The notes under the pieces are model-generated. The model searched no databases. It was not told the origin of the DNA and was given only the letters and a program-made list of their open reading frames with translations. Below, in pieces: positions 62,571-64,000 of a DNA stretch of 64,000 bases (its first letter is position 1; each line of letters begins with the position of its first letter). Position numbers and translations under genes: made by a program. Origin of the DNA: a virus; IMG/VR virus record IMGVR_UViG_3300023202_000205, positions 32,001-96,000 of that record; one strand, written 5' to 3'.

Positions 62571-62771
62571 TCAGCCACCTGCATCGAGTGATGTCTGCTT
62601 GGCCGTCTCGAAAGCTGAAAGGCTTGCGAAGCGTACGGAGGCTGGCATCCCCTGAAACCGGACATCCACAGCAGTTCCGTCTGGCGACGACCACATCACC
62701 GCTTTGCGCAAATCGTAAGCAGGGCTATCACCTCCTGCTGGGTACCAGATATGGTCGCTCGTAACTGCCAT
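62571..62771 (-). CDS. 66-aa stand-alone copy of the N-terminal module of 51086-52015
   Basis: VTSDHIWYPAGGDSPAYDLRK and AFETAKQ are identical in both proteins; SD AAGGAG. Confidence 0.8.
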   Translation of the reverse strand: MAVTSDHIWYPAGGDSPAYDLRKAVMWSSPDGTAVDVRFQGMPASVRFASLSAFETAKQTSLDAGG

Positions 62772-62783
62772 CGTCTAAACTCC

Positions 62784-63173
62784 TTAAGTGGTAGCGGCCG
62801 GCTTGGCGTAAGCACCTATCTCGAGCTGCCTACAAACCTCATGCCGCTTTCGCCACTGATCTTGGGCTTCGGGGGTATTCTCAATACCGCAGTAGGAGAT
62901 ACCATACATTTCCAGCGCCAGTTCTGGTATAGGTAAATCCACAGATGGCTGGGACCTCTTCGCAGGAACGGTTTCTTCCCTCCTCTTGAAAATGCGGGGA
63001 AGGAACACCCTGAGGAACAAACCCGACGTGCAGCGACGCTCTTCCCGCTTGAGAGCCCTGTGCAGCCTCTTTCGCCAGAGCGTGTGGCGCTTACTGATGC
63101 CGATGAATGTATCCCTGCAAAGAATACGGCGATACCACCACAGAAGAACAAGACGGGAAAGCTTTCTAAGCAT
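62784..63173 (-). CDS. Arg-rich hypothetical protein
   Basis: 129-aa ORF with an 8-nt overlap to the upstream gene. Confidence 0.5.
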   Translation of the reverse strand: MLRKLSRLVLLWWYRRILCRDTFIGISKRHTLWRKRLHRALKREERRCTSGLFLRVFLPRIFKRREETVPAKRSQPSVDLPIPELALEMYGISYCGIENTPEAQDQWRKRHEVCRQLEIGAYAKPAATT

Positions 63174-63759
63174 GTCTACTATTCCTTTTGGGGAACCAAG
63201 TAGGATGCTTCTTGCGGAGATTGACGACCCTCACTGATACCGAGCCAGGATTCAGCCCCAGCTTCTTGGCCATTTGCGGCACCGTATAGCCTTTCCGCCA
63301 CAACTCACGCCACTTCTTGTAACGCTCCTCTTTCTCGAGTTCACGGATTCTCTGCCGTTCCGCCTTCTCGGCTTCCTTCTTCCTGATCCGCTCCGCTCTC
63401 CTCAGGAGCTGGAGCTCCCTCCCGCTCGGAGCCCCGATCGCTTCCGCTATCTGACGAACCCGCTCCCGAGAGAGATTGTAAGCCTTCGCCAGCGGACCAT
63501 GTGAACGGCCCGCCAGAAGCTCGTTTTCCAGATCCTGCCTCCCTGTATGGGATAGCTTGGAAGATGGGTGATCGGCTCCCCGCAGAGTGTAAGTCCCACG
63601 ACCCAATATCTTTACGTCGTTCTTTTTGAGGATCTTCGTGACCTGGGCGTAGCTCTCCCCCGTCACCTGGCATACCTGGTTGATCGGCTGGCCCTGTTTG
63701 ACGTACAGATCCACGATCTGCTGTTCTAACCCATGCGTGTTTGGCTGCCCGTTGTCCAT
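63166..63759 (-). CDS. Multi-HTH DNA-binding protein (includes a sigma70 region-4-like HTH)
   Basis: GQPINQVCQVTGESYAQVTKILKK, LAKAYNLSRERVRQI and GYTVPQMAKKLGLNPGSVSVRV. Confidence 0.75.
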   Translation of the reverse strand: MDNGQPNTHGLEQQIVDLYVKQGQPINQVCQVTGESYAQVTKILKKNDVKILGRGTYTLRGADHPSSKLSHTGRQDLENELLAGRSHGPLAKAYNLSRERVRQIAEAIGAPSGRELQLLRRAERIRKKEAEKAERQRIRELEKEERYKKWRELWRKGYTVPQMAKKLGLNPGSVSVRVVNLRKKHPTWFPKRNSRHA

Positions 63760-64000
63760 CTACCTCATCCCATGGCATCGTTGGTAGTACTGGCTGCGGC
63801 CACCCCGCCTCCCTCAGCTTGGTCAACCTATCTACCAGTACCTTGCGGGCTTCCTTGATCAGAGAACGGCGGTCGTTCTTGGCCGCCGTTCTGAGCCGCT
63901 TGAGCCAACCTTTCCTGAATCCACGCTTAGGGTACTCGCTTTTCGGCAATTCCGCAAGTTGGTTGTCCAACTCGGACAACTTCTTGCCTAGAAAGCCAAT
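63341..64000 (-). CDS. Partial ORF entering from the right edge (basic, helical)
   Basis: Frame is open from base 64000 (IGFLGKKLSELDNQ...). The 3' 419 nt overlap the HTH gene, so the true end is uncertain. Confidence 0.4.
   Translation of the reverse strand: MGFLGKKLSELDNQLAELPKSEYPKRGFRKGWLKRLRTAAKNDRRSLIKEARKVLVDRLTKLREAGWPQPVLPTMPWDEVDGQRAAKHAWVRTADRGSVRQTGPADQPGMPGDGGELRPGHEDPQKERRKDIGSWDLHSAGSRSPIFQAIPYREAGSGKRASGGPFTWSAGEGLQSLSGAGSSDSGSDRGSEREGAPAPEESGADQEEGSREGGTAENP

Noticed and set aside
63341-63759. Real 419-nt dual-coding overlap between the edge ORF and the HTH gene
   Set aside because: The overlapping part reads as low-information sequence. A missing stop by chance or a sequence error is as likely, and it cannot be resolved without the upstream sequence.
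1-64000. tRNA, rRNA, CRISPR array, terminase, integrase, endolysin, alternative genetic code
   Set aside because: None was recognisable. Intergenic gaps are short, and TAG, TGA and TAA all end well-formed genes, so there is no sign of stop-codon reassignment.

Overview
This window is the head, virion-cargo and part of the tail/fibre module of a large, moderately GC-rich tailed dsDNA phage (Caudoviricetes). Essentially every real gene is on the minus strand. Recognisable core genes are a portal with a Zn-ribbon insertion (40858-42747), a prohead protease with a Zn finger (16302-17600), two scaffold-like proteins, a head-decoration protein, an HK97-type major capsid protein (12554-13492), fibre/Ig-like proteins and a probable neck protein cut by the left edge. 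Embedded among the head genes is a bacterial-type multisubunit RNA polymerase: a beta::beta'-N fusion (29913-34379, catalytic DYDGD) plus a separate beta'-C gene (24681-26579), with both beta' zinc sites missing. About 20 low-complexity or glycine-zipper proteins around it carry a K-x-A motif near their N-termini and at domain boundaries. I infer this is a protease processing or packaging signal for injected cargo, which includes a HiPIP-like Fe-S plus Nudix polyprotein. A palindrome GTGTTC-N(CG)N-GAACAC recurs at five gene junctions. Accessory inserts are two tandem TPR-GT41 (OGT/SPINDLY-like) glycosyltransferases with a sulfotransferase, a spermidine-synthase-like SAM enzyme, and an endonuclease island (EndoVII-type, Hef-like, HTH-TnpB remnant) after the capsid gene. 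I saw no tRNA, rRNA, CRISPR array, terminase or integrase. All family assignments come from motif recognition by eye, without database searches.
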